From: Macrostomum lignano
Lineage: Eukaryota
Reading direction: 5' to 3'
DNA: 64,000 bases
NCBI GenBank assembly: GCA_002269645.1
Contig: NIVC01003981.1
Span: 2,591 to 66,590, forward strand
This document shows, piece after piece, positions 62,841 to 64,000 of the stretch (the stretch's first letter is position 1; the number at the start of each line of letters is the position of its first letter). The position numbers and the translations under genes are program-made. The notes below the pieces were generated by a model. The model ran no database searches, was not told the origin of the DNA, and saw only the letters and a list, made by a program, of their open reading frames with translations.

Positions 62841-64000
62841 TTATTCGCCTTGACCTTCGGACTCGCCGCCGGGGACGCCACCGGAGGTTGAAGAGGGAGC
62901 GGCCGCGGCCGCGGCTGCAGCGGCGGCGGCTGCGGAGGCGGCGGCCACGGCGGCGGCGGCTTCCTGGCCGGCCCAGAGCTGGGACAGCATGGCCACGGGC
63001 ACCGGCATCCACACGCAGCCGGGCGGGGAGAACGGCGACCCGTTGCTTGCATACGACGACGAGGCGGCGGTGAGGCCAGCGGCTGCGGCGTGCGGCGGAG
63101 CCGGCTGCTGATGGCTCAGGCCGTGGCTTGACGCTGACGGCGAGGCAGCCGCGGCAGCGACAGGATCCGCGGACTGATGCGTCGGCGGCGGCTGGTGCGG
63201 CTGCGTCGGTGTCAGCGACGGCCTCTTGAACAGCTTCTGCAGGCGGATGTGCTCTGCCAGCTTCTTCATGTTGGCCGCGTGCCGGCTGGAGTGCAGGAAA
63301 GCCGGGGGGCCGCCGCCGCTGCCTCCGCCGCTGCCGCTTCCTCCTGCGGCTGCAGCCGCTCCGCCAGCGAGCTCGAGAGTCAGCCATTGGATGTAGCTGC
63401 TGGGCAAGCCGCCGCCGCCGCTGCTGCCGCTATCTGGCGAGTCGGCAGCCGACGCCGCTGTCGCTGCTCCGACTGTCGCTCGGTTTTGATGCGAGGAGTC
63501 GAGCCGGCAGTAGAATTCGCTCCGGACGCTGCCGAGTCCACCGGCGACTCGTGGCAGCGGCAAGCGCAGCAGGCCGCTTGGCCGGCGGAGACTCCGGCGA
63601 TCTGGCGGAGGCAGGGCGGCGGCGGCGGCGGATTCGGCGAACGGAGCCGCTTAGACAGCGCCAAAGGCTGCGGCTGCGGCGGTGTTGACGCTGCTGACGA
63701 CGCTAGCAAGGCTGCGGCTGCTGCAGCCGCGTGCGGCAGACTGAGATCGAGGCCTTGGTGCTGCTGCTGCTGATGCTGCTGGATATGATGATGCTGCCAC
63801 AGCCTCCTGGCTGGTGGTTCAGCACCGCTGGCTGTGGGGGCGGAGTCAGCGACTCGGTCGGCTGATGCTGAAGCTGTTGAGGCGGCTGCGGCTGCTTCTG
63901 CAACAACGGGACGGGAATCGCCGCCTGCGCGCTCTTCGAGCTGCGGAGAGGCCGGCAAATCGTCGTCCACCGCTTCGAGCTTCGGGCTGACTCCGTCAGA
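62841..64000 (-). CDS. 3' part of a low-complexity (Ala/Gln/His/Pro-rich) probable nuclear regulator, with an apparent frameshift near 63400-63500
   Basis: Frame A (to 63380) has QHHHIQQHQQQQHQGLDLS, PLALS and IKTE motifs. Frame B (62841-63563) has strongly GC3-biased NMKKLAEHIRLQKLFKRP and poly-Ala. Family not recognised. Confidence 0.6.

Overview
Eukaryotic, intron-containing, repeat-dense animal DNA. GC-rich exons, very dense minisatellites and the LINE family present suggest a free-living flatworm such as Macrostomum; this is inference, not a database result. There are no prokaryotic operons or CRISPR arrays. Genes: (i) two head-to-head eIF2-beta (EIF2S2) paralogues, each with a 27-nt exon 1 and a ~700-nt exon 2; (ii) a spliced PPC/DUF296-domain gene between them; (iii) a six-exon, phase-consistent single-pass membrane protein with an EGF-like domain; (iv) a low-complexity, transcription-regulator-like ORF with an apparent frameshift at the right edge; (v) a possible terminal exon at the left edge. 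The main structural feature is a 13.9-kb element (26844-40723). It has GG termini, an exact 9-bp flanking duplication, 3.5/4.8-kb inverted arms filled with a G-rich minisatellite, and a frameshifted Merlin/IS1016 (ISXO2-like) DDE transposase in its spacer. The second highlight is the eIF2-beta pair. Exon 2 CDS is identical apart from one Lys codon, exon 1 differs at 8/27 nt, and intron 1 is unalignable, which fits gene conversion between old inverted paralogues. One copy also carries a 17-bp duplication that creates an overlapping out-of-frame uORF. The rest is decayed piggyBac, Tc1 and LINE sequence, several TIR elements with readable TSDs, tRNA-derived SINEs and more than 12 minisatellite arrays, which generate most of the long ORFs in the supplied track.
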